DNA of 35,867 nucleotides from a virus. The stretch covers positions 1 through 35,867 of the IMG/VR virus record IMGVR_UViG_3300045988_113479; one strand, 5' to 3'. Every line of letters starts with the position of its first letter. The first letter of the stretch is position 1. Below the pieces are notes generated by a model that was not told the origin of the DNA, ran no database searches, and was given only the letters and a program-made list of their open reading frames with translations. A program made the position numbers and the translations under genes. Below, in pieces: positions 21,997 through 30,265 of this stretch.

Positions 21997-22391
21997 GAGC
22001 GACCCCCAAACAGGGTGTCCGCGCACCCGAAAAACGAGGCCGTCGCACCGTTGATGTCGTCGCGGTCCTGCCTCGTGAGGAACATATCCCCGCTCGGGGT
22101 CGACCACGACGTGGACATGGTGAACGGGCCGGTGGTCTGGGTGACCTGGGAGGCATCCCCGGCCACGCCCGCCGGACGCTGACGCAAAGCGCGGGCGACG
22201 ACGCGGCACACGACCGCCACCCGCACCGACTCCGGCGCGCCCTCCCAGCCCGCGCAGCGGTGCCGGATGAGGTCGCTCGCGTCCTCCAGGAGGACCTGAG
22301 CGCGCGCCGGGGCCGCGTCCACCACCCGAAGGTCCTCGGGGGACAGACGGTCGCGCAGATCGTCAAGCGTGGCGAAGGCGAGGGCGGTCAC
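21993..22391 (-). CDS. head-tail connector (gp6-like) protein
   Basis: Start taken at GTG 22391, just after the upstream stop. The N-terminus ATLDDLRDRL...DASDLIRHR resembles gp6-like connector proteins. Confidence 0.6.
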   Translation of the reverse strand: MTALAFATLDDLRDRLSPEDLRVVDAAPARAQVLLEDASDLIRHRCAGWEGAPESVRVAVVCRVVARALRQRPAGVAGDASQVTQTTGPFTMSTSWSTPSGDMFLTRQDRDDINGATASFFGCADTLFGGRS

Positions 22392-22392
22392 G

Positions 22393-22623
22393 TCAAACCA
22401 GCTCCTCGTCGGCCTTCTTGCCGGACTTCTTGCCCTGCTTCTCGTCCTCAACGGGCGCGGCCTCGGGAGCGATCAGACCCAGGTCCTCCGCGCGAGCCGC
22501 CAGCTCGAGGACTTCGCCCGCCAGCTTCTCGTCGGTAACCGTGGCCGACCCCTCGGTGAACTGGATACTGCCCGAAGGCAGGACCAGAAGCAGCTCAGGG
22601 TAGATGCTCGAGTAGATGTTCAC
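22393..22623 (-). CDS. hypothetical small structural-module protein (76 aa)
   Basis: GTG 22623 with GAGGAGAAC SD. Lies between the capsid and connector genes. Lys-rich C-terminus. Confidence 0.55.
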   Translation of the reverse strand: MNIYSSIYPELLLVLPSGSIQFTEGSATVTDEKLAGEVLELAARAEDLGLIAPEAAPVEDEKQGKKSGKKADEELV

Positions 22624-22646
22624 GGTGTGTTCTCCTCACAGTTGAG

Positions 22647-22683
22647 CCGGAGGCGGGGCCGATGCTCAAGGCCCCGCCTCCGG
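22647..22683 (-). terminator. hairpin (14-bp stem) immediately downstream of the major capsid gene
   Basis: CCGGAGGCGGGGCC 22647-22660 pairs with GGCCCCGCCTCCGG 22670-22683, with a 9-nt loop and no U-tract. Confidence 0.6.
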
Positions 22684-22689
22684 AGTCGG

Positions 22690-23643
22690 TCACGACAGCT
22701 TCAGCTTGCCGTGGTGCTGCTCAGCACCGTACTTGAGGCCGATCTCGCCGTAAATCTGGACGCGATCAAGCGCGCCCGTCTTGGCGAGAGGCTCGGCAAA
22801 GAACGTGCCCTTGCCCGGAATCTCCAGGAAGACGGGCACGCACTCCTCAAGCGACACGACCAGGAGGGTGTCGGCAGGAACATCATTGTCTAGCATGATG
22901 TTGCACTTGCCAAAGTCGGTCTCGATGGCCTGAACGTCCACGCCGCCGACCGTGCGGGAAGACTCGCGGTAGCCGTTCTCCTTGATGAACACCTTGGAGA
23001 GGGCACGCTTCATCTTCGCACCGACCAGGATCGTGCGGGTCTCGCCCTCACGGATGCCGCCGTGCTCCCACACCTTCTGGAGGGTGTCCAGCACGAGGTC
23101 CTCGGTCAGGTTGCCGGTGCCCGCCACGACGTTCGTCGTGATGGCATCGACAAGACCGCGCGTCTTTCGAGGCGTGGTGTTGTCGGTGGGGTTCTGGTAG
23201 GTGCCCGTGATGAACGCCTTGTTCACGTCCAGGGCGACCTGCTTCAGGGACAGGTCGATCTGGTGCTTCAGCTCGGACTCGGGCATGGTCGTGGTGCCGA
23301 TGGTCACCAGCTTCTCGCCGTCGGTCGAGCGCATACGAGTGGTGGCCTGTCGCGTGTAGGACAGCTCCACGACCTCCTGGTGAATCTCCAGGACGTTGGA
23401 CACGCGAGAGCGCACGCGCTCCTCACCCGTGGGAGCCTGAGCGCCCTCGGTGCGCTGGCGGGTAATATCCGCGTCGCGCAGGTCCTCGGTCTGCCACTCG
23501 ATGAGGGTGGCCCCTGCGGTCTCGCCGCCGGTCAGACCGCCGATAGCGGACAGGAAAGGCGTGTCATCCTTGGAGACCAGGAACAGGTCTCCTGTGTAGT
23601 TGGGCAGATTGTAGGTCGTACCCTGACCAGTAACGCCGGTCAT
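22690..23643 (-). CDS. major capsid protein
   Basis: 317 aa directly after the scaffold gene, with the strongest SD in the window (AGGAGGAAAC-ATG) and a following hairpin. Confidence 0.85.
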   Translation of the reverse strand: MTGVTGQGTTYNLPNYTGDLFLVSKDDTPFLSAIGGLTGGETAGATLIEWQTEDLRDADITRQRTEGAQAPTGEERVRSRVSNVLEIHQEVVELSYTRQATTRMRSTDGEKLVTIGTTTMPESELKHQIDLSLKQVALDVNKAFITGTYQNPTDNTTPRKTRGLVDAITTNVVAGTGNLTEDLVLDTLQKVWEHGGIREGETRTILVGAKMKRALSKVFIKENGYRESSRTVGGVDVQAIETDFGKCNIMLDNDVPADTLLVVSLEECVPVFLEIPGKGTFFAEPLAKTGALDRVQIYGEIGLKYGAEQHHGKLKLS

Positions 23644-23651
23644 GTTTCCTC

Positions 23652-24305
23652 CTAGATGAGATTGGACGCAGCCGAGAGCTTCGCCAGCTTGAGGCTGGAG
23701 AGCGCGGCGTGGTCGCCGTTCGCCTCAGCGCGGGCGATCATCTCGTCAACGCTGAGCACCTCCCCGCCGAGGTTCTTCGTCCCCACGGTGGGGAGCGTGG
23801 ACGTGGAGGCAGCCCCGGCGGGTGCCGGGGTGGACTTAGCGAGACCCTTCAGGGCCTCATTCAGAGCCTCGAGGTCCGCGTCATCGCGGATGAAAGACCC
23901 AAGCGTGGCGGGGATGCCCGCCTTCTCCAGGCGCTGCGCGCGCTTCGCCTCGCGCTCGCGGGCCTCCTCACGGTCGCGCATCTCCTGGAGCTGCGCCTGA
24001 AGGGCCTCGACGCTCGCCTGGAGCGCCTTCACCGCGTCCTGAGCGTCCTCGGAGGGCGCTTCAGTGGCCGCCTGCGCGTCCTCAGCGGGTGCCTCGGGCG
24101 CTTCAGGCGCTTCGGGGGAGTCCGCGGACTCCTCGGAGGCCTCCTCAGCCGGTGCCTCGGGCGCTTCAGGGGCCACCGGAGCGTCCTCAGCGGGTGCCTC
24201 GGGCGCTTCGGGAGCCGCCGGAGTAGCCTCCGGTGCCTCGGGGGCCTGATCGACAGCGGGAGCGGCCTCCTGGACCGCCTCCGTGGCCTTAGCCTTCTTC
24301 TTCAT
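23652..24305 (-). CDS. scaffolding protein with an acidic PEAPEAPAE-repeat N-terminal region
   Basis: Start moved to ATG 24305 (GGAGAAGGAGAACAGGA-ATG). APEAPEAPAED repeats followed by a coiled-coil region (QASVEALQAQLQEMRDREEAREREAKR). Located upstream of the capsid gene. Confidence 0.8.
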   Translation of the reverse strand: MKKKAKATEAVQEAAPAVDQAPEAPEATPAAPEAPEAPAEDAPVAPEAPEAPAEEASEESADSPEAPEAPEAPAEDAQAATEAPSEDAQDAVKALQASVEALQAQLQEMRDREEAREREAKRAQRLEKAGIPATLGSFIRDDADLEALNEALKGLAKSTPAPAGAASTSTLPTVGTKNLGGEVLSVDEMIARAEANGDHAALSSLKLAKLSAASNLI

Positions 24306-25122
24306 TCCTGTTCTCCTTCTCCCGAGAAGCCGCGAGCTTCTCAAGCCTGCGCGAGCGGAGCGCCCGCGAAGGACGATCCACACCCTGACCATCCGAGAAC
24401 ATTTCGGGGTGGCCGTCCCGCATATACGCCGTAATTATACGCCCAGATGGTGCCTTCACACCATCTTTCACCGCAGCACGGCGCGCCGACAGGTACGCCG
24501 CGTACATATCGTCCGGATGGTAACCAGGGAGCGCCTTGTGCTCCCAGTCCGGCACAATGCGACAGTCGCACGAGTCGTGGTACTCGTGCCCCGCCCCGCC
24601 CGCCAGGTCCTTCGAGTGATACACCCAGCCGCGCGAGGCCAACAGCGTGCAGAACGCACACGTCTTTCCGACCGGGACGCGGGCAAAGCGCGGGGCGCTC
24701 GGGTCCAGGTCCGCCGCCCGCAGGATCGACCGGCGCGCGCCCGTCTGAATCTCACGCCCAATCGCGCCCGCCACGACGCGGATCGCCTTCCCCGGGTTGT
24801 CGTGGCCCAGGCCCGCCGCGTAGCGGCTCAGCCGGTCGATCCGCTCCGCAGAGTTCGCCGGGATCAGCGCCTTCGGCGTGTACGCCGTCTTGTACGCAGG
24901 GCGCAGCTCCTGATACCAGTCGAGCGCGCCCTGCGTGAGCGCAGGGCCGTAAGCGTCAACGAGGCTGCTCAGGAAACGCTTCATCTCCTCACGCGACAGC
25001 GGCACGTCCTCGAAGTTCAGGACGCGGAACAGGCTCACCAGCTGGTCCTCCGCGCCCGTGAGCGTCGCCCTGACCAGCTGATCGTAGACCTTCAGCTGCT
25101 CAGATGAGGTCAAAATCACCAC
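24289..25122 (-). CDS. MuF-like / SPP1 gp7-like minor head protein
   Basis: Follows the portal gene. Start approximate (GTG 25122 or 25119, or TTG 25113). C-terminal motif RFARVPVGKTCAFCTLLASRGWVY...HDSCDCRIVP is typical of MuF-like proteins. Confidence 0.7.
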   Translation of the reverse strand: MVILTSSEQLKVYDQLVRATLTGAEDQLVSLFRVLNFEDVPLSREEMKRFLSSLVDAYGPALTQGALDWYQELRPAYKTAYTPKALIPANSAERIDRLSRYAAGLGHDNPGKAIRVVAGAIGREIQTGARRSILRAADLDPSAPRFARVPVGKTCAFCTLLASRGWVYHSKDLAGGAGHEYHDSCDCRIVPDWEHKALPGYHPDDMYAAYLSARRAAVKDGVKAPSGRIITAYMRDGHPEMFSDGQGVDRPSRALRSRRLEKLAASREKENRNEEEG

Positions 25123-26554
25123 CCCCGGCGGCAGGGCCGCGAGCGCCACGCAGAATCGCGTCCAGGTTATCCCGGCCCCGCGTCTGCTCGATCTGCGCCC
25201 GCATCCGCGTAATCTGCTGGCGCGTGTAACCCAGCTCCTCCAGGGCGACATCCGTCTTCCCAATCTCCGGGATAGCCTGAATCTGCTTGATCATCGCGTC
25301 CGACTGGGAGACAATCGACGGGCGAGCCGGGTTGCGCCAGTGCGTCGAGATACGCGCCGCGTCCTCGGGCAACCACCCGTCACGCAGCATCAGAATGTTG
25401 CGATACACGCGGTTAAGCGCGTAGCTGTTCGCGTCGTTGAAGTCAGAGGCTTCGGTCACCAGCTCCTCGCGCGCCGCGTAAATCGCGTCCGCCGAGGATG
25501 GGTTGTCCTGGACGATGCCGAGGGACCCCACCGGGAGGGACAGCGCGCCCGCCATCTCCTGCGCCAGCTCACGGAGCTGGTCGACGTAGGGCTGCATGGA
25601 CTGCTGGGGGATCATGTCGACCTCGGGGAGGTCGCCTTCCTCGTCGCGGGAGATGCCCTTGACCGACCCGAGTCGCCAGCTCCAGGACCCCTTAATCTGG
25701 TCGAACGTCGTCTTGTCCACGCCGCGCAGGAGCAGGCCAGGCGCGGTGAAAAGCTCCGAGGACACGTCCATGCGCATCGAGGCGCGCACGGCGCGGTCCA
25801 CGATGGACAGCACGCCGTCCGTGAGCCTGGACCTCCCCAGCGGTCGATCCAGGTTGCCGCGATAGACAAGCGCCTCCATAGGCGTGCGGCCCAGGTGGTG
25901 CTCCACATGCCCCGTGACAAACCAGCCCTGCGCGCCCAGGGGAGCCATGCTCACCATCACGTGCGGGGTGAGCAGGATCAGCTCCGTAGGCCTGCCCAGG
26001 TAGTCCACGTCGTTGATGAGAAGCCCGGCGCGGATGCCCCGTCGACGTCGGTCCCACAGCGCCGCCGCCGTCATAGCCGAATAGGGCAGGACGAGGACCG
26101 GCGGGTCACCCGCCGCCACGTCGCCGGGGAGCGTCGTCAGGAAAGCCACGCCGTGCGTCGCCGCGCTGGCGACCGCCTGCCCGATCTCCGTCGAAAACCT
26201 GTTCTCCTCCAGGATCGAGGCCAGCCCGTAAGGGTCCTCCGACCCATCCGGAGCCACCACACCGTCCCAGTGACACCGGGAGGTGAGCGAGAAAACGGCC
26301 TTCTCCGGCCACGTGGACACTAGGCGCAGGTCGCGCGCGATCTCCCGAGGCAGCGCAATGTCCAGACTGTCGACGTACACCTTGCAGTCGAGATAGGCCT
26401 GGCGGCGGGCATTGCCCGGATAGCGGGCCTGCCAGGTGTTCACCAGCTCCTCCAGCGTCGCCTGGAGATCGTCAGGCAGGCCCGCCACAGTGGGCGCGGT
26501 GAATAGCTGGGGTCCCATGCCCGCGATCAGACGCAGGTCGACGTTGGTGGTCAT
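25100..26554 (-). CDS. portal protein
   Basis: 484 aa with an ATGA overlap to the large terminase stop. Size and synteny are canonical. Confidence 0.85.
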   Translation of the reverse strand: MTTNVDLRLIAGMGPQLFTAPTVAGLPDDLQATLEELVNTWQARYPGNARRQAYLDCKVYVDSLDIALPREIARDLRLVSTWPEKAVFSLTSRCHWDGVVAPDGSEDPYGLASILEENRFSTEIGQAVASAATHGVAFLTTLPGDVAAGDPPVLVLPYSAMTAAALWDRRRRGIRAGLLINDVDYLGRPTELILLTPHVMVSMAPLGAQGWFVTGHVEHHLGRTPMEALVYRGNLDRPLGRSRLTDGVLSIVDRAVRASMRMDVSSELFTAPGLLLRGVDKTTFDQIKGSWSWRLGSVKGISRDEEGDLPEVDMIPQQSMQPYVDQLRELAQEMAGALSLPVGSLGIVQDNPSSADAIYAAREELVTEASDFNDANSYALNRVYRNILMLRDGWLPEDAARISTHWRNPARPSIVSQSDAMIKQIQAIPEIGKTDVALEELGYTRQQITRMRAQIEQTRGRDNLDAILRGARGPAAGGGDFDLI

Positions 26555-28086
26555 GCGAGGGCCTCCTGGCTCCTATTCGGGCGGCGGCGCGTCGTCCGCG
26601 CCATCCACAGCGCCACGCTCACGGCCTCCAGGGGCACCTCGTCGCCCTCCTGGGCCGTCGAGTGCCACCCCCACGCGCCGTCCGTGGTCCTGATCTTCTT
26701 GTCTGACACCCCCACAGACGCATCCAGGGGGTCGCTATCCGCATTATACCCGCCCGGGTGCGAGACCGTGCGACCCCTGACCGCGTTCAAGAAGCCCGAG
26801 CAGGCCGTGAAGTACTCCGCGTTGTCCAGGACGTGCAGGTAGCGGCGCGGCGGACGCAGCGCGCGCAGGTCCTGCTGGAGCGCCAGAGCGCCCGAACGGC
26901 CCGACACGCCCACCGCCGAGTAGCGGCCCCGCCGCTCGTACAGCCATTCCGCGAGCGCCGCGCTGTTCATGTTGGAGAAATCGCCGGCTTCGAGGTCGAT
27001 CAGCTCCACGTGGGACACGCCAGCCTTGCGGTCGTGCAGCGCGCCAGCCACCGCGACGCGCCGCCCATCCTTCGAGAACGCCACCCCCAGCGCCCGCACG
27101 GCGCGATCCGTGGTCAGCTCAGGGGCAAGCTCGGTGACCCCCGTCGCCTCCCAGTCATCCAGGCCAATCAGGCGGCGCGTGTTGTCATCTGAGGCCCACC
27201 AGCCTAGGCGCTCGCGGGCGAAACCATCGTCCGAGTACCGCTTGCGCTCAGCCTCAATCACGCTCAGCTTCAAGCGACCAGACGCGACCGCCGGATTGGT
27301 CCGCACCCACAGGTCCCGGTCATCCAGATCGACCTCAGCCAGCGACCTGGGCAGGCCAGGCGGAGACCACTCATCCCAGCACGTGCGCGAAGACTCACCG
27401 CTCAGCGCGTCGCGGCGCACGCGCGAAAACACCTCGCCCTCCGCCGTCGGACCCGGCGGCGTGCCCGTGTAAATCCACTGCGGGTCACCCAGCGGGGCCG
27501 CCGACGTGGTGGACAGAAGCGCCTCCAACGCCTCGTCCGTGAGCTGCTGCGCCTCGTCCATGACGAGAATATCGACCGTGAAACCACGGCCCGACCCCTT
27601 CGAGCGGGCGGCGATCTCGATAGACCCGCCATTCTTCAAGAAGATGGCCTCCTGGCCGTTCACGTTGCGGATGTTCTCCACGAGGGCGTTCAGCTCGGGG
27701 AACTTCGCGCCTGGGTCGTTCGTCTTCTGCCCGAAAAAGTGCTTCAGTCGGCGGAAATGCTTCTGCGCCGTCTTCACCTCGTGCGCCGTATGCAGGATGC
27801 GCTCACCGCGCCCGATCACGCCGAACAACTCCCTGATCTCCAAGGCGGCGTTTTTGCCATTCTGGCGGGGCACGGCCAGCCCGCATGTGAGGTTGGCCCA
27901 GCTATCGCCCGCCGTCGCCAGCCAGTTGTCCAGGACCCAGGCCTGCCAGGGGTCTGGAACCAGCTTGTAGTCGGCTGCCAGGGATATGGCGAGGTCCCCC
28001 AGCGAGTCAATCGAGGGGGACGTGATGGTCACGCAGGGGCGCTGGGAGGCCTCCAGCGCCTCCCGGCTAGGAGGCGCGGGTGTCAC
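26551..28086 (-). CDS. terminase large subunit
   Basis: Walker A-like VPRQNGKNAALE, Walker B ILVMDEAQQL, and a C-terminal nuclease-type region. 511 aa. Confidence 0.9.
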   Translation of the reverse strand: MTPAPPSREALEASQRPCVTITSPSIDSLGDLAISLAADYKLVPDPWQAWVLDNWLATAGDSWANLTCGLAVPRQNGKNAALEIRELFGVIGRGERILHTAHEVKTAQKHFRRLKHFFGQKTNDPGAKFPELNALVENIRNVNGQEAIFLKNGGSIEIAARSKGSGRGFTVDILVMDEAQQLTDEALEALLSTTSAAPLGDPQWIYTGTPPGPTAEGEVFSRVRRDALSGESSRTCWDEWSPPGLPRSLAEVDLDDRDLWVRTNPAVASGRLKLSVIEAERKRYSDDGFARERLGWWASDDNTRRLIGLDDWEATGVTELAPELTTDRAVRALGVAFSKDGRRVAVAGALHDRKAGVSHVELIDLEAGDFSNMNSAALAEWLYERRGRYSAVGVSGRSGALALQQDLRALRPPRRYLHVLDNAEYFTACSGFLNAVRGRTVSHPGGYNADSDPLDASVGVSDKKIRTTDGAWGWHSTAQEGDEVPLEAVSVALWMARTTRRRPNRSQEALA

Positions 28087-28315
28087 GCTTGCGCATCCTC
28101 GCCTTGAAGATGTCCACGGCGGTCTCCTCGCGGCCCTTGGGAGGCGTGGGGGAGGCCGAGGGCACCGGGTTTTCCAGCTCGTAGAGGTCGCGGGACAGCT
28201 TGTTGGCGGCGTTCAGGAGCGCCGACAGGCTATCGGGCTTCGCCACCCGGATGGCCTCCCGTGCGGTGTCCAGGAGGTCGCGCAGCTCCGCTTCGCGGTC
28301 GTACTTCTCGGGCAT
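28067..28315 (-). CDS. putative terminase small subunit (82 aa)
   Basis: Helical protein with a basic tail that overlaps the terminase large subunit start by 20 nt. The call rests on position only. Confidence 0.4.
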   Translation of the reverse strand: MPEKYDREAELRDLLDTAREAIRVAKPDSLSALLNAANKLSRDLYELENPVPSASPTPPKGREETAVDIFKARMRKRDTRAS

Positions 28316-28316
28316 G

Positions 28317-28679
28317 TCAGATCAGCCCCGCCGCGTCGGCTGGCAGCACCTCGTGGATGCCGGACTTTTTCAGGCACGTTTCCATGAGGTAGGAGACGTT
28401 CACGCCGGGCGCGATATAGGCCCTGACCGCGCCGTCGATGGCGCGGTTTCGGTTCGCAGCCGTGATCTGCTTGGGTGTGCGCAGGTAGACGCGGGCGCGG
28501 CGCTTGCGGTCCTCCAGGTACTCGGCACGGTGAAGCGAGTGGGTGCGGTACGTGGGGTCGTACTGGCCGACGAACGGCTGGAATTTGCGGCGCAGAGCGT
28601 CGCGGTTCGGGAAGATCACGACGGAGTATGCCCCGTTGGGGGTCTCGTCGAGCAGATCGAGCAGGTCAAAGTCGTTCAT
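28317..28679 (-). CDS. hypothetical protein (120 aa); first gene after the HNH-proximal gap and an alternative small-terminase candidate
   Basis: ATG 28679. The stop abuts the next start. No motif recognised. Confidence 0.55.
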   Translation of the reverse strand: MNDFDLLDLLDETPNGAYSVVIFPNRDALRRKFQPFVGQYDPTYRTHSLHRAEYLEDRKRRARVYLRTPKQITAANRNRAIDGAVRAYIAPGVNVSYLMETCLKKSGIHEVLPADAAGLI

Positions 28680-28948
28680 GGGGCCGATTATAGCATATCC
28701 GGGTGGTTTTAGCGCATGACGTGTTTAGCGCTTAGGGGCGGTTTCGGGTACCCCAGGGGGGTATTTCGCTTGGGCCTCTGGGTGTTCCTGGTTGTTGGGG
28801 GAGGGGATACCGCCCCTTGTCAAGTGGTAAGTATTGGTTTCGGGCGTGAGGTTTGCCACATCTGGGGTGCTGGTTGTAGCAGTTCCCGGCACTTCGGTTC
28901 GGATGGTGCTCCCCATCCACTCACGAACGGGCTTCGGGTAGGTGGTGT

Positions 28949-29263
28949 TCACCATTGGATGCCTCCGACGGTGTGGGGCTGGGCTGGCCTGGGCTGACTT
29001 GGGATGGGTTTGGAGCCGCGCTTCTGGTTGCATTGGCGGCAGGTGACGCGGGCGTTGTCGATGGTGTCGCCCCCACCTCGTGCCACCGGGACCACGTGGT
29101 CTGGCTCTGGGCTGCGAGGCTGGAGCGTGGTCCCCCAGGCGAGTGGTTGCCCGCAGTCTGGGCAGTGAGTTTGTCCGTTGGCCTGTGCGAGGTGGAGGAC
29201 GCGGACGCGCCACCGCTTGTGCCGGGCGGTGCCGGTGCGGGAGGTGCCGGGTCTGGGGGTCAT
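28949..29263 (-). CDS. HNH endonuclease (terminase-associated type)
   Basis: Zinc-ribbon CPDCG, then DHVVPVARGGGDTIDNARVTCRQCNQKRG (H-N-H core). Located upstream of the terminase genes. Confidence 0.85.
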   Translation of the reverse strand: MTPRPGTSRTGTARHKRWRVRVLHLAQANGQTHCPDCGQPLAWGTTLQPRSPEPDHVVPVARGGGDTIDNARVTCRQCNQKRGSKPIPSQPRPAQPHTVGGIQW

Positions 29264-29374
29264 GGGGTGAGTGTAGCACGCGGGGCCTACCTCGCGTGGC
29301 CCGATGCGCCTACCTCGTGGTGTGCGTGGGGCCGGGCGGCGGGGTGGTGGGTGTCAAGTGTTTAGCGGTTTCGT

Positions 29375-29468
29375 CTTGTTACAGCGTGGTTTCAACGTTT
29401 GTGGGGTGGGGTGGGGTCTTGTTACATCTTGTTACGGGCTTGTTACAACCTTGTTACGCTTTGTTACG
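29375..29468 (-). repeat. left iteron array: six GTAACAAG sites on the minus strand (TTGTTAC on plus), five of them phased at 10-11 bp
   Basis: TTGTTAC at 29376, 29419, 29429, 29440, 29451 and 29461. Spacings of the last five are 10, 11, 11 and 10 bp. Confidence 0.85.
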
Positions 29469-29499
29469 TGGGTTTTTCGTTGGTATTCTGCGGAACTTT

Positions 29500-29640
29500 A
29501 CACTCTTGTAACGAGATGCCTTATATCCCTATATAGAGCAGATTCTTAGCAAAGTTGTTCAATAGTATTGCATGCTAACGCGTTACTGATCATCTTTTCG
29601 CTATTTAAAGTAAATAGGATTTCTTGATACGGGGCGCGAG
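29500..29640. other. AT-rich island in the divergent intergenic region
   Basis: My hand count over 29521-29620 gives 32 G+C out of 100, against a genome that is roughly two-thirds G+C. Contains palindromes CTATATAG (29529-29536) and CTATTTA-aag-TAAATAG (29601-29617), and TTTTCG repeats. Confidence 0.8.
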
Positions 29641-29724
29641 CGCTTTTCGCCGTTTTCGCTGCGATACCAAGGCAAAACAGGTGTAACAAGGGTGTAACGA
29701 GAAGTTGTAACGAGTTTTCGTTAC
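29508..29724 (+). repeat. right iteron set: GTAACGAG/GTAACAAG sites on the plus strand
   Basis: GTAACGAG at 29508, GTAACAAG at 29683, GTAACGAG at 29694 and 29707 (spacings 11 and 13 bp), plus inverted GTTAC at 29582 and 29720. Confidence 0.75.
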
Positions 29725-29821
29725 ACCCCGTTTCGGGTGTCTACTACTGTGCGACCTTCGGCGGCGGTGGCACACGAGGTCGGCCCCGGACGCCTCGACA
29801 CCGCACCATTCAAGCGCTAAC

Positions 29822-30265
29822 ATGGGGTGTATGGAATGTTTAGAACCGTGCGGCAAGCGCCGCCCCTATGTCATTGACCATGCCCTCATCCCTGAGCCGG
29901 GCGGTGATCGTCGGCTCCTCGTGGGCCTCGACTCGTGCGGCCACGTGTGGGTGAGCCTCACCGACGCGCTGCGTAACAGCGGCCTGTCGGATGCGCCGCC
30001 GACCTATCGTGCGACGGTGATCGGCCTCGGTGGTGGCCGCGTCGTGCGGCCTCGTCTTGCGCCTGGTCGCATCCGTGCCATGCTCCCCCTCATGGTGGAC
30101 GCGCCCGCGTGCGTCGCGCTGATTGCCCACACAGGGCGCGCCGGACTGCTGACCTACCGCTCCGACGTGCGTCGGTGGATCGACCACACGCTGGGCATCT
30201 ACTCGCTGGTGGGCGTGAACGCGGCCCCCGTGGTGTATCCCTGGCCCGAGGAGGTGGCAGCGTGA
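29822..30265 (+). CDS. hypothetical Cys-containing protein (147 aa), first gene of the plus arm
   Basis: ATG 29822 (or 29831) with no clear SD. N-terminal CMECLEPCG...SCGH suggests a zinc ribbon. Its stop overlaps the next start (GTGA). Confidence 0.5.
   Translation: MGCMECLEPCGKRRPYVIDHALIPEPGGDRRLLVGLDSCGHVWVSLTDALRNSGLSDAPPTYRATVIGLGGGRVVRPRLAPGRIRAMLPLMVDAPACVALIAHTGRAGLLTYRSDVRRWIDHTLGIYSLVGVNAAPVVYPWPEEVAA

Noticed and set aside
24021-24263. GC-rich tandem repeats (gcctcgggcgcttc...) in the scaffold gene region
   Set aside because: They are in-frame and encode the acidic PEAPEAPAE low-complexity region of the scaffolding protein, so they are coding repeats rather than a regulatory array. 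Copy number may still be assembly-sensitive.
28725-29279. 184-aa minus-strand ORF overlapping the HNH gene in another frame, plus short ORFs in the 28.7-28.95 kb gap
   Set aside because: The HNH frame has a complete zinc-ribbon and H-N-H motif set. The alternative frame is Pro/Arg-rich. The gap ORFs (28716-28997 plus strand, 28732-28920 minus strand) lack initiation signals and have odd composition.
29264-29290. Possible leaderless transcript for the HNH gene (TACACT hexamer 6 nt upstream of the ATG, minus strand) and a perfect TTGACA at 29353-29358 (minus strand)
   Set aside because: The TACACT has no acceptable -35 element at 17-18 nt. The TTGACA has no -10 element at the right distance. 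The late promoter therefore remains unidentified.
29376-29467. Possible CRISPR array suggested by regularly spaced repeats
   Set aside because: The repeat unit is only 7-8 bp with 3-4 bp between units (period 10-11 bp). That is far too short for CRISPR repeats and spacers, and no cas genes are present.
29304-29549. 81-aa plus-strand ORF covering the left iteron array
   Set aside because: Its periodic LVT/CY/LL peptide pattern is simply the translation of the TTGTTAC repeats. It has no SD and sits in the divergent regulatory region.
29500-29820. Search for a tRNA or structured ncRNA in the non-coding region
   Set aside because: No cloverleaf-compatible arms or T-loop consensus (GGTTCGAAT-like) were seen. 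Only short AT palindromes and weak stems are present. A possible TTACTG-17-TAAAGT promoter (29583-29611) has no convincing downstream product.
29605-29856. 83-aa minus-strand ORF (TTG start) across the AT-rich island and right iterons
   Set aside because: It is Arg/His/Lys-rich, and its repeated-motif translation derives from the GTAAC repeats. It overlaps the start of gene 29822, and no SD is present.
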